Positions 44,555 through 55,346 of a stretch of 64,000 bases of DNA are shown here, piece by piece. The stretch spans positions 1,713 through 65,712 of the forward strand of contig JBDROX010000036.1 in the NCBI GenBank assembly GCA_043809645.1, given 5' to 3'. The stretch is from Candidatus Magasanikiibacteriota bacterium (GTDB taxonomy: Bacteria; Patescibacteriota; Patescibacteriia; Magasanikbacterales; UBA922). A program made the translations under genes and the position numbers. Position 1 is the first letter of the stretch, and each line of letters begins with the position of its first letter. The notes below the pieces were generated by a model. The model searched no databases and had not been told where the DNA came from. It was given only the letters and a program-made list of their open reading frames with translations.

Positions 44555-46342
44555 ATGGAAATTAGAAATATCGCAATTATCGCACACGTCGATCATGGCA
44601 AGACACGCCTAACTGATGCGCTCATGCGCCAGACTGGGATGGTCACAGACGAGAGTGCGAGTATGGACTCGAACGATCTTGAAAAAGAACGCGGTATTAC
44701 TATTTATTCAAAAAATACATCGGTCTTCTATGGGAATACAAAAATCAATATTGTGGACACACCTGGCCATGCTGACTTTGGGTCAGAGGTCGAGCGAGTG
44801 CTCCGCTCTATTGATTCAGTGCTCCTCGTTGTTGACGCACAGGAAGGTCCAATGCCACAGACCAAGTTTGTTCTGAAGAAATCTCTGGAGCTTGGACTCA
44901 AACCTATTGTTGTCCTCAATAAGATCGATAAGCCGGCTGCTAGGCCAGATTGGGCACATGATAAGGTTCTGGAGCTCTTCATGGATCTGGGTGCCACAGA
45001 TGAGCAGCTTGACTTCCACACAGTATATGCAAACGCAAAAGAGGGAATAGCTATGAAGCATCTTGGTGATGAATCAAAGGACCTCGTCCCACTGCTCGAC
45101 ACAATTCTCAAGAACGTCCCGCCTGCAGCAGGTGATGCCAAAAAGCCATTCTCCTTTCAATCATTCAACCTTGCATATGACAGTTATCTGGGTCGTATGG
45201 GTATTGGCAGAGTACACGAAGGAACACTGAAGGTGGGGGAGAAAGTGTTCGTAAAAAAACATTCTGGAGAGATCCTTACTGGCACCGTTGGTAAACTATT
45301 TACATTCGAAGGAATCAGCAGGAAAGAAGTTACAGAAGTTTCCGCAGGGGACATCACCATGATGGCTGGACTTCCGGACATATATATCGGAGACACTATT
45401 TGTGTAGAAAAGGATCAAGAACTTCTTCCGGAAATTAAAATTGATGAACCTACAATTTCTTTAAATTTCCTATTCAACAATTCACCATTTGCAGGAAAGG
45501 AAGGAAAATTTGTAACTAGCAGGCAAATTATAGAGAGATTAAAAAAAGAACTCGAAGTAAATGTTGGTTTGAAGATAGATTTCTCAGAAGTAGACCATAG
45601 CAAAGTCTTTGGAAGAGGAGAGCTCCATATTGCTGTGCTCCTCGAGAATATGAGAAGAGAAGGATTTGAGCTTCAAGTATCACAACCACAGGTTATTATC
45701 AAGGATGTTGATGGAGTAAAGTCAGAACCTTTTGAGGAAGTAACAGTGGATGTACCGAAAAAATTTGAAGGTATTGTGATTGAGAAGCTAGCAAAGAGAA
45801 AAGGGGAAATGCTGAGCATGGCTCCAGAGCAGAGCCAGACTCGCATGATTTACAAAATGCCAACACGTGGACTCCTAGGATACAAAAGTGAATTTGTGGT
45901 AGACACACATGGCGAAGGCATTCTCTGCAGCGAAGTTATTGGATTCCTCCCGCATGTAGGTGAAATCTCAAAACGAGATGTTGGATCCATGATTTCTGGT
46001 GAAACAGGGAAGGTCCTTTCATATGCCCTTGATAATCTCCAAAACAGAGGCGTTCTCTATGTCGCCCCAAATGCAGAAGTCTATGAAGGTCAAGTCATTG
46101 GAAATGCTTCCAAAGGACAAGATATGACAGTCAATCCTATCAAAGGAAAGCATCTGACAAACATGAGGTCATCTGGTGCTGATGCTGCTATTCAACTCAT
46201 ACCACCACTAGAAGTAACACTCGAGCGCGGTATGGAAATCATGGCAGAGGATGAATATCTAGAAATTACCCCAAAAAATATCCGTCTTCGAAAACAAGTA
46301 TTAAAAGAAGTGAGTCGAGTGAAAGCGGGCAGAAAAAAGTAA
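44555..46342 (+). CDS. typA: translational GTPase TypA/BipA
   Basis: AHVDHGKT, DTPGHADF, NKID GTPase motifs; EF-G-like domains. Confidence 0.9.
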   Translation: MEIRNIAIIAHVDHGKTRLTDALMRQTGMVTDESASMDSNDLEKERGITIYSKNTSVFYGNTKINIVDTPGHADFGSEVERVLRSIDSVLLVVDAQEGPMPQTKFVLKKSLELGLKPIVVLNKIDKPAARPDWAHDKVLELFMDLGATDEQLDFHTVYANAKEGIAMKHLGDESKDLVPLLDTILKNVPPAAGDAKKPFSFQSFNLAYDSYLGRMGIGRVHEGTLKVGEKVFVKKHSGEILTGTVGKLFTFEGISRKEVTEVSAGDITMMAGLPDIYIGDTICVEKDQELLPEIKIDEPTISLNFLFNNSPFAGKEGKFVTSRQIIERLKKELEVNVGLKIDFSEVDHSKVFGRGELHIAVLLENMRREGFELQVSQPQVIIKDVDGVKSEPFEEVTVDVPKKFEGIVIEKLAKRKGEMLSMAPEQSQTRMIYKMPTRGLLGYKSEFVVDTHGEGILCSEVIGFLPHVGEISKRDVGSMISGETGKVLSYALDNLQNRGVLYVAPNAEVYEGQVIGNASKGQDMTVNPIKGKHLTNMRSSGADAAIQLIPPLEVTLERGMEIMAEDEYLEITPKNIRLRKQVLKEVSRVKAGRKK

Positions 46343-46384
46343 CATTTTTCAAACATATAAAAATTACCATGATGGGTATTTTTA

Positions 46385-46413
46385 TTGACTATGTATCTTT
46401 TACCGTGTACAAT
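46385..46413 (+). promoter_or_regulatory. sigma70-like promoter TTGACT-17-TACAAT for the RRM-protein gene, followed by an about 130-nt leader
   Basis: ttgact 46385-46390, 17-nt spacer, tacaat 46408-46413. Confidence 0.45.
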
Positions 46414-46544
46414 AGCATTTGTAAGTTTCTTAGATAGAATTGATCACTTTGGTGCGCTCGCGTGGCCACATGTTAGCAGTCAACCGCTATCGACAAGATA
46501 GGTCGCCCTTACACCTAACTTAAACAATATAATCATAGACAACT

Positions 46545-46802
46545 ATGGCTACAAAATTGTACGTTGGTGGTCTTCCATACGAATCTACAGAGGAAGATAT
46601 CAAAGAAGCGTTTGGTGCTGCTGGTACTGTTGTTTCTACTGCTATCGTCATGGACAAGATGACAAATCGTTCACGAGGCTTTGGCTTTGTGGAGATGAGC
46701 TCACCAGAAGAAGCACAGGCAGCTATTGAGATGTGGGATGGAAAAGAATTCCAAGGCCGCACGCTCAAGGTCAACGAAGCAAGACCAAGAGAAGAGCAAT
46801 AG
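46545..46802 (+). CDS. RRM-type RNA-binding protein
   Basis: RNP-2 LYVGGL, RNP-1 RGFGFVEM. Confidence 0.85.
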   Translation: MATKLYVGGLPYESTEEDIKEAFGAAGTVVSTAIVMDKMTNRSRGFGFVEMSSPEEAQAAIEMWDGKEFQGRTLKVNEARPREEQ

Positions 46803-46813
46803 AATTCAAAAAA

Positions 46814-46840
46814 ACAGAGACACGCGAACTCTGTTTTTTT
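46814..46840 (+). terminator. rho-independent terminator
   Basis: acagag-acacgcgaa-ctctgt followed by ttttttt. Confidence 0.55.
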
Positions 46841-46897
46841 ATCCCCAACTGTACCTCTAGAAGATGCTGTGTTATAATCTTCTCATAATAAAAAACT

Positions 46898-47251
46898 ATG
46901 CAAGATATCCAAGAAGTTTTTAGTAGGGTAGAGAAGGCGAAGATGGAAATGAAAGATCTCAAAGTGGCATACAAAGATGCGCTTGAGACATCCCTGGAAT
47001 ACAAGGAAATATCAGACAAGCTTAAGGACCTAAGAGAGAAGAAAAAACAAATAGAAACAACAATCAAAGAGCAGTTTTCAAGTGAGCTTACAAAGATAGA
47101 TGACTTAAAGATCGATATTGCAAGTGATATGGAACTCATCTCTGACATTGCAATGACCAAGATTATGAAAGGAGAGACTGTCGAGGTTTCTGACAAGTAT
47201 GAGAATCAATATGAGCCAATATTTAGTGTGAAATTTAAAAAAGCTAGTTAA
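46898..47251 (+). CDS. hypothetical coiled-coil protein
   Basis: 117 aa, Lys/Glu-rich heptads. Confidence 0.35.
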   Translation: MQDIQEVFSRVEKAKMEMKDLKVAYKDALETSLEYKEISDKLKDLREKKKQIETTIKEQFSSELTKIDDLKIDIASDMELISDIAMTKIMKGETVEVSDKYENQYEPIFSVKFKKAS

Positions 47252-47266
47252 TTAGTGTGAATACCT

Positions 47267-47506
47267 ATGGCAAAAGCAATTGTGTACTCAACACCCACAT
47301 GCCCATACTGCGTACAGGCAAAAGAATATTTCAAGGAAAAAGGAGTTGAATATGAGGATGTAGATGTCTCTACAGACGAAACAAAACAAAAGGAAATGAT
47401 TGATAAATCTGGTCAGATGGGCGTTCCTGTTATTGATCTCAACGGAACAATCATCGTTGGATTTGATAGAGCAAAAATCGAAGAAGTTCTCGGTCAAGAA
47501 AAGTAA
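47267..47506 (+). CDS. glutaredoxin-like / NrdH-like redoxin
   Basis: 79 aa; CPYC active site; thioredoxin fold. Confidence 0.8.
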   Translation: MAKAIVYSTPTCPYCVQAKEYFKEKGVEYEDVDVSTDETKQKEMIDKSGQMGVPVIDLNGTIIVGFDRAKIEEVLGQEK

Positions 47507-47599
47507 AACTACTCGAAAAACAAAGAAAGTGTCTTTTGGCACTTTCTTTGTTTTCTAAGCTATGATAAGATGCTTCTGTTATCTATAACTTTTTAAGGT

Positions 47600-48178
47600 A
47601 TGTCCCGTGAAATTGTATTTGATATAGAAACTATTGGCGATATAAGAAAGCAAGAGACCATGAAAGTCACAGTGGTCTCGATTTATGAATATGAGACAAA
47701 TACCTATACTTCTTTCGAAGAACATGAGTTAGGAAATCTCTGGCCAATTTTGGAAAAAACAGAGCGACTGATTGGCTACAACAGCGAACACTTCGATATT
47801 CCAATTTTGAATAAATATTATACTGGCGACCTCGCCGTACTCCCTCATCTGGATTTACTAAAGGTCATCAAAGAGTCTTGTGGAAAAAGATATAAGCTTG
47901 ATGATGTTGCAAAAGCAACACTACAGATCGGAAAAAGTGCAGACGGACTCAAAGCTATGGAGTGGTTCAAAGAGGGGAAGATCGATAAAGTGAAAGAGTA
48001 TTGTGAGATGGATGTAAAGGTAACGAAAGAGATTTATGATTTTGGTAGGAAAAACAGAATGATATATTACCCAACACTTACAGGTGCAGTCATGCCTATA
48101 GAAGTAAACTTCGAACCAAAAGCTGAATCTCAAGCAGAGGAAGCTCAAAGCGGTATCAACATGACATTACCATTCTAG
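47600..48178 (+). CDS. DEDD-family 3'-5' exonuclease (DnaQ-like, DEDDy)
   Basis: Exo I FDIETIG, Exo II YNSEHFDIPIL, Exo III YCEMDVKVT. Confidence 0.6.
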   Translation: MSREIVFDIETIGDIRKQETMKVTVVSIYEYETNTYTSFEEHELGNLWPILEKTERLIGYNSEHFDIPILNKYYTGDLAVLPHLDLLKVIKESCGKRYKLDDVAKATLQIGKSADGLKAMEWFKEGKIDKVKEYCEMDVKVTKEIYDFGRKNRMIYYPTLTGAVMPIEVNFEPKAESQAEEAQSGINMTLPF

Positions 48179-48873
48179 AACATTTCAAAATAAAGGTTTT
48201 CTTTAGGAACTCCTTTGGCTAAGAGGAGTTTTCTTGTATCTTGGACCATTTGGGGACTTCCACATATATAATACTGTGATTCAGTCATAGCGTCTTCTAG
48301 ATGATCTGTGACTCTACCAGAATGGCATTCTGGATCAGAATTGTCCCCAGATAGACAAAAAGCATATTCAAAATTTTCATACGCACACCTGAGCTGATCC
48401 AATTCTTTTTTCCAAAAAATTTCCCTACTATTTCGAACTCCAAAGAAAAGTTTGAGATTATTCTTTGTTTTTTCATTCTCAATAATATTTCGGATCATCC
48501 CAAAAATTGGTGTTATACCAACACCGGCTCCAATAAACACAAGGTTAGATTCCTCCTCACTGCAAGTGAATCTCCCAAGTGGCTCAGATATCTTGGCCGC
48601 ATTGCCTGCAGACATATTTGAAAAATACTCAGAAGCACTACCGCCTTCCTCTATTTTTATACAAAAGTGAAGTGCATCATCAGTATTGATGGAGCACAAT
48701 GAGTATGATCGCTTAATAAAGCCACCGTCTCTTAAAATAAAGAACTGGACAAATTGACCAGCCTCAAATTCAAAGCCATCAGGCTTTGAAAAGTGCAGTT
48801 CAATGACATTGTGTGTTAGCTGCCTTTTTTCCAAAAGTGTAATAGTATGTGTTTTCATCTTGATTATTGACAA
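48175..48873 (-). CDS. FNR-family FAD/NAD(P)-binding oxidoreductase (ferredoxin reductase-like)
   Basis: RSYSLCS (RxYS FAD motif), FIGAGVGITP NAD(P) glycine-rich loop. Confidence 0.6.
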   Translation of the reverse strand: MSIIKMKTHTITLLEKRQLTHNVIELHFSKPDGFEFEAGQFVQFFILRDGGFIKRSYSLCSINTDDALHFCIKIEEGGSASEYFSNMSAGNAAKISEPLGRFTCSEEESNLVFIGAGVGITPIFGMIRNIIENEKTKNNLKLFFGVRNSREIFWKKELDQLRCAYENFEYAFCLSGDNSDPECHSGRVTDHLEDAMTESQYYICGSPQMVQDTRKLLLAKGVPKENLYFEMF

Positions 48874-48961
48874 TAGAATAAAAAAAGGATAGACTAATAT
48901 AATCTCTTTTTTGCTAAATATAGCGAAAAGTGCATAAAGATCATATCACACACCTGTATAT

Positions 48962-50215
48962 TTGAAAAGTATGAATCCAAAGAAAGAAGTTTACCTCGAC
49001 TATGCTGCAACTTCCCCAGTAGCAGATGAAGTACTTGGGGCGATGGAGCCATATTTTTCTGTTCATTTTGGTAACCCATCGTCTATCTATAGTCGCGGAC
49101 TGGAAGCCAGAACTGCAGTGGGTGAATCAAGAAAAACAATTGCCTCATTTCTTGGAACTACAGCAGACACCATATTCTTCATGAGTGGTGGAACTGAGTC
49201 AATTAATACTGCAATTTTTGGAGCCGCAAGGAAACATAAGGAATATGGAAATCATATCATTACTACCGCGATAGAACATAAAGCTGTACTGAATTCATTA
49301 AAGGCTTTAGAAAAAGAAGGCTTTGAAGTTACTTATCTCCCTGTTGATAAACACGGCCTCGTGACTGCACAGCAAATTATGGGTGCCATAACAAATAAAA
49401 CATTACTTATCAGCATCATGTATGCAAATAATGAAATTGGTTCTATAGAACCAATTGCTGACATAGGAAAAGAAATACTAAAATTTAAAAAACATAATGA
49501 ATCAATATATCCACTCTTTCATACAGATGCATGCCAGGCCACAAACTATCTCGATATGCATGTAGAAAAATTACACGCAGACCTTCTCTCATTCAACGGA
49601 TCCAAAATGAATGGTCCAAAAGGCTGCGGTGTACTCTATATGAGAAGGGGAGTAAAAATAGAACAGATGATATATGGTGGTTCTCAGGAATTTGGCTTTC
49701 GTGCTGGAACAGAGGATGTGCCAAGTATAGTGGGAATGGCCAAAGCAGTTGAGCTCATCATGCAAAATGGAGAAAAAAATGCAAATAAAGTAAGGAAACT
49801 CCGAGATTATTTTTGGGAAGAAACTCAGAGAGCAGTACCAAAAATCATGCTCAACGGGCCTGCGCTAGAAGACACAGACAAAAGGTTGCCAAATAATCTC
49901 CATATATCTATCCTTGATATTGAAGGAGAAGCACTACTCCTATATCTAGATGAAAAAGGAATTATGTGTTCCACAGGGAGCGCCTGTAATTCCAGTTCAC
50001 TCGAACCTTCCCATGTGCTCACAGAGTGTGGGCTTCCATATGAATATGCTCATGGAACACTTCGATTTACTCTGGGGGCATCAACAACCAAAGAAGAAAT
50101 CGACTATGTTATTGATCATCTCCCTGGAGTTGTTGAAAAACTTAGAAAGATGTCACCTGTTAATCTAGAAATTGACCATACAGACAATACGCATGCACAG
50201 TATCATCAGAAATAA
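48962..50215 (+). CDS. cysteine desulfurase (class V aminotransferase, IscS/NifS-like)
   Basis: PLP-lysine region SFNGSKMNGPKG, active-site Cys loop STGSACNS. Confidence 0.9.
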   Translation: MKSMNPKKEVYLDYAATSPVADEVLGAMEPYFSVHFGNPSSIYSRGLEARTAVGESRKTIASFLGTTADTIFFMSGGTESINTAIFGAARKHKEYGNHIITTAIEHKAVLNSLKALEKEGFEVTYLPVDKHGLVTAQQIMGAITNKTLLISIMYANNEIGSIEPIADIGKEILKFKKHNESIYPLFHTDACQATNYLDMHVEKLHADLLSFNGSKMNGPKGCGVLYMRRGVKIEQMIYGGSQEFGFRAGTEDVPSIVGMAKAVELIMQNGEKNANKVRKLRDYFWEETQRAVPKIMLNGPALEDTDKRLPNNLHISILDIEGEALLLYLDEKGIMCSTGSACNSSSLEPSHVLTECGLPYEYAHGTLRFTLGASTTKEEIDYVIDHLPGVVEKLRKMSPVNLEIDHTDNTHAQYHQK

Positions 50216-50216
50216 T

Positions 50217-50879
50217 ATGGAAAAAGAGAAAAAAAACCAAGAAGCAAAAATACTAGACCTTCAGGGCAATGAATGGCTTTATTCTGATATTGTGAAAGAT
50301 CATTTTTTCCATCCTAGAAATATTCTTTTCCCAGGAGAAGAAGATAGTTTTGATGCCGATGCTGTTGGGAGAGTAGGTTCTCCAGCTTGTGGTGATGAGA
50401 TGGTACTATGGATTAAGATAGACAAAGAGTCAGAGAAAATTACTGACTGCAAATGGCAAACGTTTGGTTGTGGCAGTGCCATTGCATCTACATCCATGCT
50501 TTCTGAGATAGTAAAGAAAGATGGAGGCATGACAGTGGATGATGCTATGAAGCTCAAGCCCCAGGATATTATTGTTGAGCTCGGTGGACTCCCTAACAGA
50601 AAAATTCATTGTAGTGTCCTCGGAGACAAGGCCCTCCATAGTGCAGTCAATGATTGGTTTCGTAAGACTGGTCAGCATGTTAGAGTTGTGAGAACAGGCG
50701 CAAAAATAATTGACAAAGATCTCAATATTACAGACAAAGATATTGAAGAGGCAGTTCTCGAAGGTGCAACAACTGTAGAGGAAGTCCAAAGAAAATTAAA
50801 AGTCGGAGTTGCAAAACCAGAGTCTATTCCAGAAATTGAACAATTGATTAGATTTTATTCAGAAAAATACTATGGTTAA
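50217..50879 (+). CDS. NifU/IscU-like Fe-S cluster scaffold with C-terminal extension
   Basis: IscU cysteines GSPACGDEM, FGCGSAIAS, HCSVLGD; start taken at MEKEKK after the desulfurase stop. Confidence 0.75.
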   Translation: MEKEKKNQEAKILDLQGNEWLYSDIVKDHFFHPRNILFPGEEDSFDADAVGRVGSPACGDEMVLWIKIDKESEKITDCKWQTFGCGSAIASTSMLSEIVKKDGGMTVDDAMKLKPQDIIVELGGLPNRKIHCSVLGDKALHSAVNDWFRKTGQHVRVVRTGAKIIDKDLNITDKDIEEAVLEGATTVEEVQRKLKVGVAKPESIPEIEQLIRFYSEKYYG

Positions 50880-51171
50880 AAAAGTACGAGTTTGTAGAAG
50901 CAGAACATGTGATGTGTTTGATTCAGAAAAAATTCTTAAAAAAATTGAAAAAGAAACAAACTTGAAAGCTGGAGAAAGCAATGATACAATTGATCTGGAT
51001 ACATGTGGATGTCTTGGGTACTGCCATAGATCACCAAACGTTGCTATTGATGATAATAATATTATATATGAAGCAGGTATTAAGACAGTCATGGAAGAGA
51101 TAGAGAGCGGTGGTGAGGCCATGGATATTCAAGACAAAGATGTGGATAACATACTTCAACAATATTCATAA
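50872..51171 (+). CDS. thioredoxin-like [2Fe-2S] ferredoxin
   Basis: VCRSRTC ... CGCLGYC cysteine pattern. Confidence 0.55.
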   Translation: MVKKVRVCRSRTCDVFDSEKILKKIEKETNLKAGESNDTIDLDTCGCLGYCHRSPNVAIDDNNIIYEAGIKTVMEEIESGGEAMDIQDKDVDNILQQYS

Positions 51172-51174
51172 TAT

Positions 51175-51462
51175 ATGGAAAAAGTAGAAGATCAATTTTC
51201 AGACGATATTTCCGTAGGAAAGCGTAACAAAGGAAAAATTAGAAAGATTATTGTTGACAGAGAAGCGTGTATTGGCGCCAGAAGCTGCACTATTGTTGCA
51301 GAGAATCTCTTTGCTATGGATGATGAGAATCTGGCCTATGTTGTGGATGGAGATTTGAATGAGGTTGACGAAGAAACTATCAAGCTTGCTGCGCAGGCAT
51401 GTCCTGTTCTTGCTATTCACCTTTTTGGTGAGGATGGTAAGAAACTCTTTCCAGAAGAATAA
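51175..51462 (+). CDS. small single-cluster ferredoxin
   Basis: DREACIGARSC ... AQACPV. Confidence 0.55.
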   Translation: MEKVEDQFSDDISVGKRNKGKIRKIIVDREACIGARSCTIVAENLFAMDDENLAYVVDGDLNEVDEETIKLAAQACPVLAIHLFGEDGKKLFPEE

Positions 51463-51523
51463 TAGTTTTCAAATAAAATAGGGAGGCCGTGGTATCACGG
51501 TTTTTTTCATTTAGTAAAGCAGT

Positions 51524-52537
51524 ATGCATAAATTTATTGCAGAATACATCTGGATAGATGGTCAGAAACCAACGGCAAAGCTAAGATCGAAAACAAAAAT
51601 ACTAGATCATCCAATAGATAGTCTAGACGATATTCCACAGTGGGGTTTTGATGGATCGAGCACAGAACAGACCACTGATGCGAATAGCGACTGCCTTCTC
51701 GACCCGGTGAAATTTTTCAAAGATCCAGTACGTAGAGATGGGCATGTTCTCGTCCTCTGCGAGGTTATGAACCCAGATGGTTCGCCACATAGTAGCAACA
51801 CTCGAGCAAGACTCAGAGAATTGGCAAGGAAACATGAGAAGGAAGAGGCGCTTTTTGGTATAGAACAGGAATATACACTTTTTGATGGAGTATCACCTCT
51901 TGGGTGGCCAGATAGAGGTTTCCCAGCGCCACAGGGTGGATATTACTGTGGTGTGGGTGCTGATGAAGTGTATGGAAGAGAAATAGTAGAGGAACATCTT
52001 CAGGCATGCCTAGATGCTAATATCCGCATATCAGGAATCAATGCAGAGGTGATGCCCGCACAGTGGGAATATCAGGTCGGGGCTATTGGACCGCTAGAGG
52101 TAGCCGATCAGCTCTGGATTTCTCGTTGGTTACTGTATAGAATTGCAGAAAATCACAAGGTGAGTGCAACACTATACCCAAAACCAATCAAAGGTGATTG
52201 GAATGGTGCAGGAGCACACACGAACTTTAGTACGAAGAAAATGAGAGAGACTGGAGGGATTGAAGTGATCAATGAAGCATGTAGAAAACTAGAACAGAGA
52301 CACAAAGAACATATAAAAATCTACGGTGCACATAACAGAGAACGTCTCACTGGACTCCATGAGACATGCTCGATAGATGAATTCCGCTATGGCGTGAGTG
52401 ACAGGGGGGCGTCCATTAGAATCCCGTTGATGACGCAGAATAATGGATATGGATATCTCGAAGACAGAAGACCTGCGGCGAATATGGATCCATATCAAGT
52501 TTGCAGGGTGATGCTTGAAACAATTTGTGGAGAATAA
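51524..52537 (+). CDS. glnII: glutamine synthetase type II (eukaryote-like GSII)
   Basis: EYIWIDG, GIEQEYTLF, YYCGVGAD, NAEVMPAQWEYQVG, NGAGAHTNFS, DRGASIRIP; near-collinear with eukaryotic GS over about 340 aa. Confidence 0.85.
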   Translation: MHKFIAEYIWIDGQKPTAKLRSKTKILDHPIDSLDDIPQWGFDGSSTEQTTDANSDCLLDPVKFFKDPVRRDGHVLVLCEVMNPDGSPHSSNTRARLRELARKHEKEEALFGIEQEYTLFDGVSPLGWPDRGFPAPQGGYYCGVGADEVYGREIVEEHLQACLDANIRISGINAEVMPAQWEYQVGAIGPLEVADQLWISRWLLYRIAENHKVSATLYPKPIKGDWNGAGAHTNFSTKKMRETGGIEVINEACRKLEQRHKEHIKIYGAHNRERLTGLHETCSIDEFRYGVSDRGASIRIPLMTQNNGYGYLEDRRPAANMDPYQVCRVMLETICGE

Positions 52538-52539
52538 AA

Positions 52540-52568
52540 ATAACCCGCCAATTAGGTGGGCTATTTAA
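52540..52568. terminator. bidirectional hairpin terminator between the convergent GSII and clpB genes
   Basis: cccgcc-aatta-ggtggg flanked by A/T runs; the clpB stop abuts the hairpin. Confidence 0.5.
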
Positions 52569-55203
52569 TTGCAATTTTTCCTTTCTCAATATCCACAGTT
52601 AGTTTCTTTCCCTCTGGAATCTTCTTCTGAAGTATTTCCATAGCTATTCTGTCGAGGAGTTCAGTCTGGATAATGCGCTTGAGCGGCCTTGCACCAAGAT
52701 TTGGATCAAAGCCTTTCTTTCCAAGCCAATCTCTAACTTTTTTTGATACCTCGAGCTCAATATGTTTATCTGTAAGTCTTGCAAATACATACTCGAGCTG
52801 CAAGTCAACAATTTCTCGTATTTGAATCTTATCGAGTGGATGAAACGTAATAATTTCATCAATTCTATTCAAAAACTCAGGTTTGAAATGTCCCCGAAGT
52901 CCGTCCGTGATTTTCTCTTTCATCTTCTCTTGCTTCTCTTGCTTCTCTGATTTTCCATTCATCTTGGAGCCAAAACCAAACTCACCAGAGCTACCCATCT
53001 GCATAATGACGTCACTGGCAATGTTACTCGTCATGATGATAACAGTATTTTTGAAGTTTACCTTTCGACCCTTGGCGTCTGTGAGTTGTCCATCTTCTAG
53101 GATCTGGAGCATCATATTGAACACATCTGGATGTGCTTTTTCTATTTCGTCAAACAGCACAACGCTGTATGGTCTGCGCCTGACAGTTTCTGTGAGCTGA
53201 CCACCTTCGTCATATCCAACATATCCAGGAGGAGACCCAATCATCTTGCTAGTTGCATGTCGCTCCATATATTCACTCATATCAACTCGAACCAGTGCTT
53301 CTTCGTCGTTGAACATGAACTCAGCAAGAGCACGTGCCATCTCTGTTTTACCAACCCCAGTCGGACCCATGAATAGAAAAGATCCAATAGGACGCTTCTC
53401 TTCGCTTACACCTGCACGAGAACGCCTGATTGCATTAGAAACAGCTGAAATCGCCTCTTTTTGACCTATAACACGCTTTCCAAGATCATCCTCCATGTGA
53501 ATGAGCTTCTTAAGATCATCCTCAAGCATCTTTGTCACAGGAATACCAGTCCATCTGGACACAACACCAGCAATATCTTCTTCTGAGACTTCTTCTTTTA
53601 GAATTGCTTTGTCTTGTTGTAAATTTAAGAGCTTATTCTCAAGTTTCTTAATTTTCTCTTCAATCTTAGGGACATCCCCATAACGGATCTCTGCGACTTT
53701 TTGGAGATCACCCTTTCTTTCCATGATTTCAGCTTTTTGCTTCAACTCATCTATCTCTTTTCTATGTTTTCTGATAGCAGTAATGATCTCTTTTTCATTT
53801 CTCCACCTGAGCTCAAGTTCATCGCTCTGTTCCTTTAAATTTGCAAGTTCTTTTTTGAGATCAGCCTCACGAGCTTTTGATTCTTTATCTTTTTCTTTTG
53901 TAAGCGCTCGGAGTTCAATCTCTATCTTCATGATTTTTCGTTTTAGCTTGTCCAGATCATCTGGCATAGATTCGATCTCCATACGAAGAGCAGACGTTGC
54001 CTCGTCAATGAGATCGATTGCCTTGTCTGGGAGAAAACGGTCAGAAATATATCTACTCGAAAGTTTTACTGCGGAAACAATTGCTGGATCAGTGATACGA
54101 ACACCATGATGAATCTCATATTTTTCCTTGATCCCACGCAGGATTGCAATAGCATCTTCTTCACTCGGTTCTCTTACTAATACGGGTTGAAATCTGCGCT
54201 CAAAAGCAGCATCTTTTTCAATATGTTTCTGGTATTCCTTCAGCGTCGTCGCTCCTACGGTATGAAGCTCACCGCGAGCAAGAGCTGGCTTCAGCATATT
54301 AGACGCATCCACGGCACCTTCTGAGCTCCCTGCACCAACAATACCGTGAAGCTCATCGATGAAAAGAATTATTTTTCCAGCAGAATCTGTTACTTCTTTT
54401 AGCACTGCCTTAAATCGCTCTTCAAATTCTCCACGGAACTTGGTCCCTGCGATGAGAGAACCAATGTCTAGAGCAATAAGTTCTTTATCTTTCAGACTTT
54501 CCGGGACATCACCGTTCACAATTCTCTGTGCAAGGCCCTCAGCAATGGCAGTTTTTCCTACACCAGGTTCACCAATCAGAACTGGATTATTTTTTGTTCT
54601 ACGTGTGAGCACTTGCATTACTCTTCGGATCTCATCATCACGCCCAATCACAGGATCCATTTTTTCCTGTCTTGCGAGCTCTGTAAAATTCTTTCCATAT
54701 TTCTCTAGTGCCTGGTACTTAGATTCTGGAGTAGGGGAGTCAACCTTTTGCGAACCACGAACTTTTGCCAAGACTTTGAGAACTTCTCTGTGTTGCACTC
54801 CCTGGCGTGAAAGTGCATCACTCACCGGATTCTTATTTGTAAGAAAAGCAAGCAGGAGATGCTCAACGCTAATATAGTCATCTCCCATTTTCTGAGATTC
54901 CTGACTTGCAGTGTTGAGTATGAATAGCATGGCCTGCCCCATCATAATCTGGCTCATATCACCACCGCCTGAAGCATTATCTTGCTTTGGAAGGGAATCA
55001 ACCATCTTTTGAACATCCCCAGATAGCTGCTCTATATTTACCTCAAGTTTTTTAAGAACAGAGAGAACAAGACCATCAACTTGCTGAATAAGAGATAAAA
55101 AGAGGTGTGGAGGTTCTACTTGCTGCTGTCTATTGGCATTCGCGAGAAGAGCAGCATCCTGAAGTGCTTCTTGTGATTTTTGTGTAAAATTTTGTGGAGG
55201 CAT
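52561..55203 (-). CDS. clpB: ATP-dependent chaperone ClpB
   Basis: 880 aa; two AAA+ modules (GEPGVGKT and GPTGVGKT) with a middle coiled-coil domain. Confidence 0.9.
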   Translation of the reverse strand: MPPQNFTQKSQEALQDAALLANANRQQQVEPPHLFLSLIQQVDGLVLSVLKKLEVNIEQLSGDVQKMVDSLPKQDNASGGGDMSQIMMGQAMLFILNTASQESQKMGDDYISVEHLLLAFLTNKNPVSDALSRQGVQHREVLKVLAKVRGSQKVDSPTPESKYQALEKYGKNFTELARQEKMDPVIGRDDEIRRVMQVLTRRTKNNPVLIGEPGVGKTAIAEGLAQRIVNGDVPESLKDKELIALDIGSLIAGTKFRGEFEERFKAVLKEVTDSAGKIILFIDELHGIVGAGSSEGAVDASNMLKPALARGELHTVGATTLKEYQKHIEKDAAFERRFQPVLVREPSEEDAIAILRGIKEKYEIHHGVRITDPAIVSAVKLSSRYISDRFLPDKAIDLIDEATSALRMEIESMPDDLDKLKRKIMKIEIELRALTKEKDKESKAREADLKKELANLKEQSDELELRWRNEKEIITAIRKHRKEIDELKQKAEIMERKGDLQKVAEIRYGDVPKIEEKIKKLENKLLNLQQDKAILKEEVSEEDIAGVVSRWTGIPVTKMLEDDLKKLIHMEDDLGKRVIGQKEAISAVSNAIRRSRAGVSEEKRPIGSFLFMGPTGVGKTEMARALAEFMFNDEEALVRVDMSEYMERHATSKMIGSPPGYVGYDEGGQLTETVRRRPYSVVLFDEIEKAHPDVFNMMLQILEDGQLTDAKGRKVNFKNTVIIMTSNIASDVIMQMGSSGEFGFGSKMNGKSEKQEKQEKMKEKITDGLRGHFKPEFLNRIDEIITFHPLDKIQIREIVDLQLEYVFARLTDKHIELEVSKKVRDWLGKKGFDPNLGARPLKRIIQTELLDRIAMEILQKKIPEGKKLTVDIEKGKIAIK

Positions 55204-55346
55204 AAAAAAGGTTTACAATACTATGAAGGCTAACCAGGCTTGAAAGGCTAGAATTAGCAGTCATAAGGACTGAGTGCTAGGTACTATAACACACTAGCCA
55301 AAGATGTCAATCTGTGTTAGGATTATACCATAATTAGCAGTCAACT

